Source: a virus. Taken from it: a stretch of DNA of 64,000 nucleotides. The translations under genes and the position numbers were made by a program. The notes under the pieces were generated by a model. That model saw only the letters and a program-made list of their open reading frames with translations, had not been told where the DNA came from and did no database searches. Location: positions 9,161 to 73,160 of IMG/VR virus record IMGVR_UViG_3300042294_002813, one strand, 5' to 3'. Below, piece after piece: positions 1 through 9,605 of this stretch (position 1 is the stretch's first letter; the number at the start of each line of letters is the position of its first letter).

Positions 1-185
1 TGCTTGAACATCGTCTCGAAAAGAGATGACGCAAGATGAATTGGATCAATTGGCGGATTTGCAAAATCAAATGGCTTGCAAACTTGCTTCAATACTGGAT
101 CCGTAGATTTGACTAGATCATATATTTCATACGGTCTTATTGTTTGCGCCGCCGTATTGATCTTTAGCATTCCGTTTTCTATCAT
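1..185 (-). CDS. def: Peptide deformylase, N-terminal part (runs off the window start)
   Basis: Hand translation from ATG at 185: MIENGMLKINTAAQTIRPYEIYDLVKSTDPVLKQVCKPFDFANPPIDPIHLASSLFETMFK. The DPVLK...PFD...L.ETM pattern precedes the GIGLAA motif of deformylases; catalytic motifs lie outside the window. Confidence 0.7.
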   Translation of the reverse strand, partial: MIENGMLKINTAAQTIRPYEIYDLVKSTDPVLKQVCKPFDFANPPIDPIHLASSLFETMFK

Positions 186-192
186 CTTATCC

Positions 193-489
193 TCACTTGA
201 TATTTGCAATCAAAGCCACATCTTCTTTATCAGCCAAATAACATCTGGCACGATAGATCATATCAAATTTATCCGAATGAGATTCTTTTGTAAATAGTAC
301 AAGATTTTCCTTCAACAATGTTCTAGCCATTTCGTTGGCTAGTTTTTCTTTTATGAGATCTTCGAAGATCTGCTTCTTGTCTATCGACATATTTTCTAAC
401 CAAAATTCTGTCACAGTATGTTGTACCGTCACAATCTTGGTTTTTACTGCATGCGTTTGAACATTGGAAGAATCATCATTATACATCAT
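193..489 (-). CDS. Hypothetical phage protein
   Basis: 98-aa ORF overlapping the gp46 stop; co-oriented with neighbours. Confidence 0.7.
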   Translation of the reverse strand: MMYNDDSSNVQTHAVKTKIVTVQHTVTEFWLENMSIDKKQIFEDLIKEKLANEMARTLLKENLVLFTKESHSDKFDMIYRARCYLADKEDVALIANIK

Positions 490-2201
490 TTCACAATCCT
501 TGAAAAATTATTGATCTTTTCAAACTTGATTATTGATCTAAACTTGTCAAACAAAATATCGCCCTTGTGACTAATAACAAAAACATTGGTATCACTACTT
601 ATGGAGTTCAAAATCTTCAGTAGTTCTTCCGTTCCATTTGAGTCTAATGAACTATCAAAGATTTCATCCAGTATCAGCAAATTGGTATTCACGCTATTCT
701 TCATCTTGGCAATTGCTCTCCAAGTGAATAGTAGTGCCAGATCGATCTTTTGCTTTTCGCCTTCGGAGAAATTCTCGTAGGCAAATTCATCACGATGGCG
801 AGACTTGATGACCTCCTCAAAGCTTTCATTGATATTGAAATTGACATAGAACTCCATGCTACTCAAATACTTGTTGATTAGCTTGTTCATGACTGGAAGA
901 TATTGCTTTATGATCTTGGTTTTGATACCAGTATCTTTCAGTAGAATAGAAACTTGTTCATGATGATGCTTATCATTGACCAATCTCTTCTCGTCTTCAA
1001 CAAGATCATTCAGTTGCTTTTCAAGTGCTTTTAGATCATCAGTATGCGTTGTGTCTATTGTCTTGTTCTGCTCAATGGTATCAATTTCTTTTTGTAGCTT
1101 CTGGATATAACCATTGACTGCAGTAATAGTTGCATTTTTTTCCTGAGACTTGAATGTCTTGTCCTTTATCTTTTTCAACGTCTTTTGGATCTGAGCAATT
1201 TGCGTATTGATCTTCTCCAATTCATTATCTATTTCCTTAAGACCATTGCCGTATTCTGCAATCTTGTCTTGAAATGTCTGAATCTGGGTTTTCTTGAAAT
1301 CTTCGCTAATTGATTGACGACATGTCGGGCAATCATCATTGGTTTCATAGAAATTAATTTCGCTCTGTGCCTTCTCGGCATTGTCTTGTATCTTGACGAT
1401 GAGACTGTTTAGCTTGTTGGACTTGCCAACCAGCTTCTTCTCACCAACGACTTCAGATTGAAGCTTAACGATCTCTTGATCAAGAGACGCCTTTTCTTTT
1501 TCCAAAGTAACTATTTGAGATTTGCTATTTGCAATGTCTCTTTGTGTCTTTTCAATATGAAGAGTTTTTGTATTGGTAATCTCATTGATCAACTTTTTCG
1601 TTGATTCGATCTTGACCTTTACAACTTCCCTACGATGAGAAACGTCACTCATCTCATCCTTGATTGCTTGAAGCTTTTGCTTCAATACAACATTCATGGA
1701 CGAAAAGATTTGTATATCCAAAAGATCTTCTATGATTGCACGACGATCTGCAGCAGACAACTGCATGAACGGAACAAAGGTAGATGAACCAAGAACTACG
1801 ATCTGGGTAAACGACTTGTAGTTCATCTTGAGAATGAACTTTTCAAGATACTCTTGGTAATCTCGCGAAGACGCATCTTGATTGACTAGTTCATTGTCAC
1901 AATAGATTTCAAACTTGCCCGGCTTGATTCCGCGAAGGATCTTGTAGGATTTCTTACCTATTATAAACTCTATCTCGACAACGCAGTCTTTTTCATTGAC
2001 GCTATTCAATAGCCCTGGCTTATTGATACCGCGAAATGGTTTACCAAATAGAGCGAAAGTCAACGCATCCAAGAGTGTTGACTTTCCGCTTCCATTGTTT
2101 CCTACGATTAGTGTTGTAGGAGATTTGTTTAGTGTAATCTCCGTGAAGTCATTTCCTGTAGAAAGAAAGTTTCTCCAACGAACTTTTTCAAAGAGTATCA
2201 T
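486..2201 (-). CDS. 46: gp46 recombination endonuclease subunit (Rad50/SbcC-like ATPase)
   Basis: Walker A GNNGSGKST, long coiled coil with CPTC zinc hook, FSEGEK signature, Walker B LLILDEIFD; adjacent to gp47. Confidence 0.97.
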   Translation of the reverse strand: MILFEKVRWRNFLSTGNDFTEITLNKSPTTLIVGNNGSGKSTLLDALTFALFGKPFRGINKPGLLNSVNEKDCVVEIEFIIGKKSYKILRGIKPGKFEIYCDNELVNQDASSRDYQEYLEKFILKMNYKSFTQIVVLGSSTFVPFMQLSAADRRAIIEDLLDIQIFSSMNVVLKQKLQAIKDEMSDVSHRREVVKVKIESTKKLINEITNTKTLHIEKTQRDIANSKSQIVTLEKEKASLDQEIVKLQSEVVGEKKLVGKSNKLNSLIVKIQDNAEKAQSEINFYETNDDCPTCRQSISEDFKKTQIQTFQDKIAEYGNGLKEIDNELEKINTQIAQIQKTLKKIKDKTFKSQEKNATITAVNGYIQKLQKEIDTIEQNKTIDTTHTDDLKALEKQLNDLVEDEKRLVNDKHHHEQVSILLKDTGIKTKIIKQYLPVMNKLINKYLSSMEFYVNFNINESFEEVIKSRHRDEFAYENFSEGEKQKIDLALLFTWRAIAKMKNSVNTNLLILDEIFDSSLDSNGTEELLKILNSISSDTNVFVISHKGDILFDKFRSIIKFEKINNFSRIVK

Positions 2202-3265
2202 ACTTTTTCCAAATTTATTGCTTCCAGATAAAGTTCTCTGAGAATTGATTTGAGTTTATCAGCAGAATCCATTTGAAGACCATCGACATACTTATCAAGT
2301 ATGGTCATGGTATCTTCACCTTCATCTATGATATCACTATCGTCCTTATTTGTCAAATCGGAAAAGTCTTCCACGATGCTTATGTCCAAAGGAGCAGCAT
2401 CGATCAACTTTTGCATGAATCGCTCAAACAAGAATGGATTGGTCTTGTGCAAAACCAAAATCTTCACATATGTTCCTGTGTACTCGCTGAAATCAAGCTT
2501 TTTCAACTTATCGAAGTCCAAATCGTTCTTGTCATCATATGTAATCTTGAAGAACATTTGATATGGATTTTCAACGAATGCCAGTTCCCTTGTATCTGTA
2601 TCAAACACGTGGAATCCACGCTTATCATCATAGTCTGCCCATGTCATTTGATATTGATTGCCTAGATAAACAATATGACCATCTGTAGACTTGTGGTGAA
2701 AATGACCAGAAAGAACCATTTCAAACTTGTCAAATACCGAACGATTCATTCCATCGCGACAAACATTACCGCGATCCATTTCAAATCCAGCTATCTCAAG
2801 ATGACCAAATGCTACCTGTGCTCTGCTTGCCTTGATGTGGTCAAGAGTTCTTTGCTGATTTTCGACGTTAATCCAAGGTAACAGGCAAATGTCAAAATTA
2901 TCAATAGAGATGTCGCAAGGTTCCTTATAAACTCGAATGGTATCACTCTGTTCAAAAAGTTCTTCAATCGCATTGATATCGTTTGTATTCTTGTATGGAA
3001 CATCATGGTTTCCTACCAATACATGCAGCTTTACATTCATCTCCTTTAGACGACCAAAGAACTTGTTTCTCCAACGATTGAGGATGACATAGTTGATGAA
3101 CTTGCGACGATCAACGATATCGCCAAGATGAATGACTGTGTCTATGTTGTTTTCCTTGAGATATGGAAAAAAGACATTGTCCCAAAAACGAAAAAAATAA
3201 TCATCAAACGCAAGAGAATCATTTCTTGCGCCAGCATGAGTATCGTTAATGAGAGCAATCTTCAC
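2198..3265 (-). CDS. 47: gp47 recombination endonuclease subunit (Mre11/SbcD-like metallophosphoesterase)
   Basis: DTHAG, HLGD, GNHD and SGHFH phosphoesterase motifs. Confidence 0.97.
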   Translation of the reverse strand: MKIALINDTHAGARNDSLAFDDYFFRFWDNVFFPYLKENNIDTVIHLGDIVDRRKFINYVILNRWRNKFFGRLKEMNVKLHVLVGNHDVPYKNTNDINAIEELFEQSDTIRVYKEPCDISIDNFDICLLPWINVENQQRTLDHIKASRAQVAFGHLEIAGFEMDRGNVCRDGMNRSVFDKFEMVLSGHFHHKSTDGHIVYLGNQYQMTWADYDDKRGFHVFDTDTRELAFVENPYQMFFKITYDDKNDLDFDKLKKLDFSEYTGTYVKILVLHKTNPFLFERFMQKLIDAAPLDISIVEDFSDLTNKDDSDIIDEGEDTMTILDKYVDGLQMDSADKLKSILRELYLEAINLEKV

Positions 3266-3468
3266 TTGGACGCTCTCTTGAAAGGAGTTACATTGCGATT
3301 GGCTTTGGCATACTCTGCATCATACTTTGCTATCTTGTCATTCATAAGATCGCGCATACGCACAAGACGTTGACGAAAGTTTTGTCTCTTCCAAACATCT
3401 TGCGATTGATCCAGCATGTTTTTCATCAAGTATTCAATCTGACTTGGTAATGACTCTTGTTCAGCCAT
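3262..3468 (-). CDS. Small hypothetical protein
   Basis: 68-aa ORF overlapping gp55 and gp47 ends. Confidence 0.65.
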   Translation of the reverse strand: MAEQESLPSQIEYLMKNMLDQSQDVWKRQNFRQRLVRMRDLMNDKIAKYDAEYAKANRNVTPFKRASK

Positions 3469-4036
3469 TTGTATCTCCTTCGTAAAACTTTTCTATTCCT
3501 GTTTTTTTGGTAGACTTTTCTTTCTTTACCTTTCGACTCTGTTCAAAATTTTCAATGAACTCGGCCATGTTGTCGTATATTTCCTGACCTTTAACAACGC
3601 TAGATTTAATCTCTGTACCCAAAAGTTCAAGATCTTCACCAGTAATGTCATCAAATATTCTTGAATTTTCCAGAGACTTGTATTTGACGTATTGTTGTTT
3701 CTTTTCTTTAGAGATTCTACGAATGAAAGCATAATACACTATTTGAGTGAAATATGCAAACGGATTCTTCGATTTCTTTGGATCAAAATTCTCGAAATAC
3801 ATGAGACAATTCTCGATTGCATCGGCAATCATTTCGTCTCGGTATGAGTAGTTTGCAAAGTTTGGTCTATACGATAGATGCTCGGCAATCTTCATGAAGC
3901 ATTCCCCTATGTAATTTGGTATGGGGGGCTTCTCTTCCTTGTTTCGTTTTGCTTTCCTAACCGCCTTTTGATATTTGATGAGGACGGATAGGAATTCTTC
4001 GTTATTGACATAATGATTAGATGGGGTTTTTTTCAT
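3461..4036 (-). CDS. 55: gp55 sigma factor for late transcription
   Basis: HYVNNEEFL, IGECFMKIAEHLSYRPNFANY and NPFAYFTQIVYYAFIRRI motifs. Confidence 0.96.
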   Translation of the reverse strand: MKKTPSNHYVNNEEFLSVLIKYQKAVRKAKRNKEEKPPIPNYIGECFMKIAEHLSYRPNFANYSYRDEMIADAIENCLMYFENFDPKKSKNPFAYFTQIVYYAFIRRISKEKKQQYVKYKSLENSRIFDDITGEDLELLGTEIKSSVVKGQEIYDNMAEFIENFEQSRKVKKEKSTKKTGIEKFYEGDTNG

Positions 4037-4047
4037 GACGATTTTCC

Positions 4048-4076
4048 TTGACTTTCACTTGACAAAGCGATACACT
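4048..4076 (+). promoter_or_regulatory. Sigma70-like promoter antisense to the surrounding operon
   Basis: TTGACT(4048-53)-17 nt-TACACT(4071-76), with a second TTGACA inside the spacer. Confidence 0.5.
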
Positions 4077-4089
4077 TCTAGTGTTCAGC

Positions 4090-4467
4090 TCAATGCAATA
4101 ATCTCTTTTGATTGTTTAGTAGCTTGATGAGACTTGAATATGCATCTGATGCTTCTTCGTCTTCCTCATCATCGTGATCTGAATCCATATCACTCGCTTC
4201 ATTCTTTTGAAGACACTCTTTATAGAATTCCTTAGTGCGAAGAGATGTACTTGAAATCACGATAGTCTCTTCCTTGCTAATGACAAAGGAACTAGTCTCG
4301 ACAAAGTCTGATGGTACCCACTCCTGAAACGACAATAGAATACGACCAGTAGGATCTGCATACTGTCTAATTGCCATTGGATTCTCTAGAGTGACATCAT
4401 TACCTTCAATCGAAGTATTGGAGATGATGTCAGTTCCATTCTTTAACTTTATGTAGAGTATTTCCAT
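4090..4467 (-). CDS. Conserved T4-like hypothetical protein downstream of uvsW (Sm-like beta fold suspected)
   Basis: IKLKNGTDII...LENPM...WVP pattern, acidic tail; position between uvsW and gp55. Confidence 0.75.
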   Translation of the reverse strand: MEILYIKLKNGTDIISNTSIEGNDVTLENPMAIRQYADPTGRILLSFQEWVPSDFVETSSFVISKEETIVISSTSLRTKEFYKECLQKNEASDMDSDHDDEEDEEASDAYSSLIKLLNNQKRLLH

Positions 4468-4469
4468 TT

Positions 4470-5957
4470 TTATACCTTGATTTCTATATTATATAGTTTG
4501 AACTCAAAACGTTCTTCGGAGTATATTCTAACACGTTCTTGGAAATGTTTCAAGGTAAAATTCTCATGTTTCTTATATCTTAGATCATCCGCAATATCAA
4601 AAAGCACAGCTTTTTTCTTGTTGTCTCCTAGTCGAAGACCTCTACCAATTGATTGCAGATTTCGAATTCGACTCTTTGATGGAGAGGCAAATATGATATT
4701 GTGTAGATTGCGAACGTTGATACCTGTAGAGAATGTTCCATAAGATGCAACAATGATTGCATTGTTTTCTTTCTCGACAATCGCACGAATATCTTCTCTG
4801 GTCTCAGTTTCCGTTCCACCATGAACGAAAAAGACTTTTCTTCCATCAGCTTTTTCTTCAATCAACTTGTGCAATCCCTTTCCATGATTATCTACATATT
4901 GGAAAAGAATCAATGTGTTCCCCTCTAGCGAGAGAACCAAATTACGAATAAACTTGTTTCGAGCATCGCTGGTAACAAGATATTTCATCTCATCGATATA
5001 TTTGGCATCTTTTAGAAGACGACAAATCTCTTCCGGATATTTTAGCACAAGACACTTGATCTCAAAGTCCGAGAGCTGTTTCTTATCGATTAGTTCTTTT
5101 GTGGTCACGGTCTTTCGCACTGGTCCAAAAAGACCTTCAAGAACAAGCTTGTGCGTCTTTGTTCCGTCGAGTGTACCTGTCATGCCAATTCGTAGAGATG
5201 CTTTGTCCAAGTTTGTCATGATCGTTGTCAATGACTTGGCTTTGAAATTGTGTGCTTCGTCTCCAATCACCCACTCGTAGTTGAAGTAGTGCTTGGGTAG
5301 TGTATACAAAGATTGCCATGTTGAGATTGTGACAAGTTTGTCGGAAAACTTTTCACGACCAGAATAAATTCTGTGGATATTTTCTTCTACACTCCAGCCA
5401 TTCTTTGTAGAGTAATCTTGGAAATCTGAATATAGCTGCTCGACAAGAGATGTCGTTGGTACGATAATTAGACCTTTTTTGTCTTGATCGGTCATGTATC
5501 TTGTGATAAGATATGCTATTAATGATTTACCTGATGCTGTTGGAGATATAAGCATTTGTCTACGATTACGTATGGAATACGCGAACGCTTCAATCTGATA
5601 GTCGCGAGCGTCAATATCTTTGTTACGACTTTGTATATGCAGGGAGTCGGCATATTCCTTTGCTTCGTGAAGGGAGAAGGATGTCGTTTGAAGAACCTCA
5701 TCATCATAGACAAGGGTGTATTTTCTTTCCTTAGCGAATGACTCAAGATGTGTTATGAGTCCGTAGTACAGTGTGGATGTTCTAGTATCATACAAACGTA
5801 TCTTGCCATCCCACACTCTACTTTTGAATGCTGGAGTAAATTGATATCCAGGAACATAGAATGTAAAATATTCTGATATTTCGCGAGCGACGCCGCGCTC
5901 GCAAGAGATCATTATGTATGCTTCATCTTTTTTTGCTACGATTATTTTTTCAGACAC
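4470..5957 (-). CDS. uvsW: UvsW SF2 DNA helicase
   Basis: PTASGKS, DEAH, GMTGT, TFSTGIN and QSIGRGLR helicase motifs; WDGKIRL N-terminus. Confidence 0.96.
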   Translation of the reverse strand: MSEKIIVAKKDEAYIMISCERGVAREISEYFTFYVPGYQFTPAFKSRVWDGKIRLYDTRTSTLYYGLITHLESFAKERKYTLVYDDEVLQTTSFSLHEAKEYADSLHIQSRNKDIDARDYQIEAFAYSIRNRRQMLISPTASGKSLIAYLITRYMTDQDKKGLIIVPTTSLVEQLYSDFQDYSTKNGWSVEENIHRIYSGREKFSDKLVTISTWQSLYTLPKHYFNYEWVIGDEAHNFKAKSLTTIMTNLDKASLRIGMTGTLDGTKTHKLVLEGLFGPVRKTVTTKELIDKKQLSDFEIKCLVLKYPEEICRLLKDAKYIDEMKYLVTSDARNKFIRNLVLSLEGNTLILFQYVDNHGKGLHKLIEEKADGRKVFFVHGGTETETREDIRAIVEKENNAIIVASYGTFSTGINVRNLHNIIFASPSKSRIRNLQSIGRGLRLGDNKKKAVLFDIADDLRYKKHENFTLKHFQERVRIYSEERFEFKLYNIEIKV

Positions 5958-6393
5958 CTTGTGTAAACTTCTGCCATTCTATAGCGTTCTTCAAGTTGAA
6001 GCTTCGCTGATGGATTTCCTTGATGATCTTTTCGCAACAATCTACGAAAAGTTCCGTATAGTTTAATTTAGTCTGGATTTCTAGCACATCATCATCGCCA
6101 GATATCATTGTGCTTATGTCTGCGCGAAGATACTTTTCACGCATTGGCTCCCAACCAAGTTCAGTCAGTTCATCTGTTCCGTTCAGCTTACCGTCGTAAT
6201 ATCTCCACTTCAATTTGGTAAGTTTATTGAGATCAAATTGAAGTTTTTGACAACGCATCTTTTGCGTCTTGTACACTTCTATGTACTTTGAATGCAGGGA
6301 CGATAGGCGAATGGATTCTGTACCAAGTTCCGTACTATCGATCTGTGAGTCTTTTTTCCACGACTCCATTAGGTCATCTATGTTCTTGATCAT
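5950..6393 (-). CDS. uvsY: UvsY recombination mediator
   Basis: WKKDSQID...LHSKY...RSFNLKNAIEWQKF; start moved to the ATG at 6393, which follows AAGGAA. Confidence 0.9.
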   Translation of the reverse strand: MIKNIDDLMESWKKDSQIDSTELGTESIRLSSLHSKYIEVYKTQKMRCQKLQFDLNKLTKLKWRYYDGKLNGTDELTELGWEPMREKYLRADISTMISGDDDVLEIQTKLNYTELFVDCCEKIIKEIHQRSFNLKNAIEWQKFTQGV

Positions 6394-6435
6394 AATATAA
6401 ATTCCTTGGAATATTAGTGCAATATACACTAAAAC

Positions 6436-6954
6436 TCAAAGAATGTCAACATCAAAATAGGTATATCTGAATGATGCACGCGCAGATAGTATTGTGTTTG
6501 CATCGGCGGTATAATTGAACCCTATAGATGATACTGATGTGGGATAGCAGTTTCTAAACGTGACACGAATATTTGGTGTATTTTTATTTGACATGATTGT
6601 CATTGTTGCATCGCTGGTTGTTCCGCCAAAATCTTTATTTTCTTTTATCAAGCGACGATGTTGTTCAAAGTTTTTAGGGAATGTAAGACCAATAATCCAA
6701 TTATGAATTTCAAGCCATGAGCGTAGGTCTTCATCTATCAAGAATGAGACATCGAATGGTTCATATCTTACTTTATCACCTGGCAAGTAATAGTCAACAA
6801 ATGGGGTGCTTCTAGTCACTTCGGACATTGATAATCCTGGTAGACTAAAGTTTTGACAAAAATATATTAGATTAGGAAGTCTTGTAAACGACAACTGAAA
6901 TTTTGTCGCCTGAAGAAAACTTGTATTTGTTGGTTGTTGATTTAATTTTGCCAT
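6436..6954 (-). CDS. 3: gp3 tail completion / sheath stabilizer
   Basis: FLQATKF...YFCQ..SLPG..., FLIDEDL..W.EI..W, SDAT motif; position downstream of gp23. Confidence 0.88.
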   Translation of the reverse strand: MAKLNQQPTNTSFLQATKFQLSFTRLPNLIYFCQNFSLPGLSMSEVTRSTPFVDYYLPGDKVRYEPFDVSFLIDEDLRSWLEIHNWIIGLTFPKNFEQHRRLIKENKDFGGTTSDATMTIMSNKNTPNIRVTFRNCYPTSVSSIGFNYTADANTILSARASFRYTYFDVDIL

Positions 6955-6969
6955 AACTTACCTCTGTAG

Positions 6970-6977
6970 TATTTATG
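6970..6977 (-). promoter_or_regulatory. T4-type late promoter (CATAAATA) for gp3
   Basis: One mismatch to the TATAAATA consensus, just upstream of the gp3 RBS. Confidence 0.65.
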
Positions 6978-6980
6978 AAC

Positions 6981-7009
6981 AAAAAGAGGGGGAACCGAAG
7001 TTCCCCCTC
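6981..7009 (-). terminator. Rho-independent terminator after gp23
   Basis: GAGGGGGAAC-TTCG-GTTCCCCCTC-TTTTT: 10-bp stem, UUCG tetraloop, U-tract. Confidence 0.92.
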
Positions 7010-7043
7010 AAGTTGTAGTAACGCTTTCTTATTGTTCTTCAGA

Positions 7044-8378
7044 TCACAGAAGGTTTGAAACCTTGAAGATACGATAGTAGACGTTTGAACGATTTGATAG
7101 GCGTCCAAGACCTGCTGTTACACCTTCAGCAAATGGATTTGCGACCATTCCGTAACGTGTCTTGAATCCGATACGTGGCTGGAATGTGTCTTGTCCGATT
7201 GCACGAACCATCTGTAGAGGAACATATGGGCAGTAGAACAGACCAGCGTCATAAGGTGATGTACCCTTATAACCAACTGTTACTAGTTCAGATGTGTTTG
7301 TTCCTGCTGTTGTTGAACCGTAGTAAGGATCGATGTAGACCTTGATACGGTTGTGTAGAAGACCGGCAAATGTGTTGCCTGTGTCGTCTACCTGTAGATC
7401 AGCCTGAAGTGCTGGGGTATACTGTAGTACGCCTGCCATTGCCATTGCAGAAGCAACGTCAGATGAGCAGATTACTAGGTTACCCTTACCACGACGGGTT
7501 GCACGAGCGATTACGTTTGCTTCGCGTTCGATCTGGAAGATCAGACCCTTGAACTTTTCAACTGACCAACGACCATTTGAGTCGGTGTCTAGGTCGAATG
7601 TTCCTGCTGTTGTTGTACCAGCTGAGCAACCAAGTACAGCTGTAGAATACACTGTACGGATTACTTCACGGTTGATTTCTGCAAGAATTTCGGTTGACAG
7701 AATGTTTGCCAACTCAGTTTCTGCATCAAGACCATGAATTGCCTTCAAGTCCTGAGCAAGTTCTAGAGTGTATTCTGCCTTCAATGCACGCTCACGAGCA
7801 GTTACTGTAACTTTTTCGATTGAGAATGCCATTTCAGCAAATAGGTTTGTACCAGAGTCGCCAAGAGCTTCACCCTGAGCTGTTGTCATACCGTTACCAG
7901 TGTTGGAAAGAGTATAGTCTTCAATTCCTGGTGTAGAAGTCTGATGATTCTGTGATGCACCGTTTGCACCAAGCTTGTTTGCAGCTGAGAACTTTGTGTT
8001 AGCTTCGTTGAAGAGAGCTTCTGTTCCAGTCTGTGAGTCAAACTTTGAACGCATTGCGAAGATCAAGCCTGTTGGACCTGTCATTGGCTGAACGCCGCAG
8101 ATGTCGTATGCGATCAAGTTTGGAAGGGCACGACGAACCAGCGAGATCAAGATCGGATCGTAGTTGCTGATTGAAGAGCCAGTTGCGTTTGTTGGAGCTG
8201 ATTCAGATAGGAATGAACGATCACCGCCCATGAATGCTGCTTGCTGAGAAGAAGCAATCTGCTGGTTTTCAAGAACCATAGCTGTAACAGCTCTCTTGTA
8301 AGGATCCGCGATCTTTGGAAGTTCTGGATGATCCAGAACAGGACCCCACTTGTTGACTAGTTGTTCAGTAAGTTGCAT
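7044..8378 (-). CDS. 23: gp23 major capsid protein
   Basis: DPILISLVRR, ICGVQPMTGPTGLIFAMR, RALKAEYTLELAQDLKAIHGLDAE, YCPYVPLQM, FKTRYG; likely maturation site FLSE/S. Confidence 0.99.
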   Translation of the reverse strand: MQLTEQLVNKWGPVLDHPELPKIADPYKRAVTAMVLENQQIASSQQAAFMGGDRSFLSESAPTNATGSSISNYDPILISLVRRALPNLIAYDICGVQPMTGPTGLIFAMRSKFDSQTGTEALFNEANTKFSAANKLGANGASQNHQTSTPGIEDYTLSNTGNGMTTAQGEALGDSGTNLFAEMAFSIEKVTVTARERALKAEYTLELAQDLKAIHGLDAETELANILSTEILAEINREVIRTVYSTAVLGCSAGTTTAGTFDLDTDSNGRWSVEKFKGLIFQIEREANVIARATRRGKGNLVICSSDVASAMAMAGVLQYTPALQADLQVDDTGNTFAGLLHNRIKVYIDPYYGSTTAGTNTSELVTVGYKGTSPYDAGLFYCPYVPLQMVRAIGQDTFQPRIGFKTRYGMVANPFAEGVTAGLGRLSNRSNVYYRIFKVSNLL

Positions 8379-8402
8379 TTTTAGTAAACTCCTTTTGAAT
8401 TA

Positions 8403-9566
8403 TTATTTTAAAACTGTGCGACTAATTGACTTGACATATGCGTCCATGATTGGATCTGCACCTGTCTTGTTTTCTTTTTGTTTTTGTTCTGCAAGACTCT
8501 GGGCTTGTTCCACAACATCTGTTTCTTCATCAAGTCTTACGTTATTTGACTTTGATGATACTGCTGCAGGGAAATAGTTTTCGCGTAGTGTCTTGAGACC
8601 GTCTACGAAGTCTTCAATGCTTGTAAACTCAATGCCTTCCGACAATGACTTTAGCTTCTCAATTTGAGTTGCAGTTAGACCTTCGCAAATATCGTAAATT
8701 GCTTCCATTTTTTTGTATTCATTTAGATTTTTATTGATTTCAATTGTGGCAGCAATTTGTTCGTTTAGCTTGTTTTCCAGTTCAACGACATGAGCTGTCA
8801 TTTCCTCAACAACGCTCACCTTTTCTTCTGGAATATCAATGTAGTGTTCTACGAACAGATTACGAAGACCTGCAATGAAGTCTTCGGTTAGTTCGGAACG
8901 AAGACCAGATTCAATTGCCAACTCGTTTTCCTTGACCCATTCTTCAACGACGTAATTTAGATAGTCGTCTACTTTTTCGGTCATTTCTTCCTTGAGTTGT
9001 TCAGAAACCTGCTCTAGGATTTCTGCATACTGTTCTTGAATTTGTTCTTCAATTTCTTTTGCTTTTGCATTTACAGCTGCTTCAAAGATTACTGCAGCCT
9101 TGTTCATGAAGTCTTCAGAAAGATTTTCACCATGGAAAAGAGCGTCAAGATCTTCCTTCATGGAATATTCTTCATAATCTTCATCGTCTTCTTTCTTGCT
9201 CTTCTTGGTGTGCTTTTCTTCTTCTTCGTCTTCCTCTTCCTTCATCATTTTCTTGTCTTCTTCTTCCTCTTCTTCTTCCATTTGAGGAGAAGCGCCTTTC
9301 ATAGACTCCTTAGAAGCAGGTGCTGGCTGTGCTCCTGGTGGCTTTGCTCCGCCAACTGCAGCAATAGCCCTTGTGATGCCAGCCTCATCAGCAGAAGCAA
9401 TAGCAGGCTGAACTAGTGCTGGATGACCTTCTTGACCAGGTGTGCCAACTGAAGGATTTGGACCTGTTGAACCAAAAGGTTCAGATACTCTTGACATTGG
9501 TGCCAAAGAAGCCATGTTGCCTGAAAGAATGGCTGCAGCTGCTTCAGCTAGATTTTTCTTTGCCAT
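8403..9566 (-). CDS. 22: gp22 prohead core scaffold protein
   Basis: Acidic coiled coil; LSEDF..KAAVIFEAAV, VDDYLNYVVEEW, MDAYVKSISR; synteny. Confidence 0.95.
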   Translation of the reverse strand: MAKKNLAEAAAAILSGNMASLAPMSRVSEPFGSTGPNPSVGTPGQEGHPALVQPAIASADEAGITRAIAAVGGAKPPGAQPAPASKESMKGASPQMEEEEEEEDKKMMKEEEDEEEEKHTKKSKKEDDEDYEEYSMKEDLDALFHGENLSEDFMNKAAVIFEAAVNAKAKEIEEQIQEQYAEILEQVSEQLKEEMTEKVDDYLNYVVEEWVKENELAIESGLRSELTEDFIAGLRNLFVEHYIDIPEEKVSVVEEMTAHVVELENKLNEQIAATIEINKNLNEYKKMEAIYDICEGLTATQIEKLKSLSEGIEFTSIEDFVDGLKTLRENYFPAAVSSKSNNVRLDEETDVVEQAQSLAEQKQKENKTGADPIMDAYVKSISRTVLK

Positions 9567-9593
9567 GTTTACTATTACTCCTTTATATTTGAC

Positions 9594-9601
9594 TATTTAT
9601 A
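9594..9601 (-). promoter_or_regulatory. T4-type late promoter TATAAATA for gp22-gp23
   Basis: Exact consensus upstream of the gp22 RBS. Confidence 0.8.
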
Positions 9602-9605
9602 ATAA

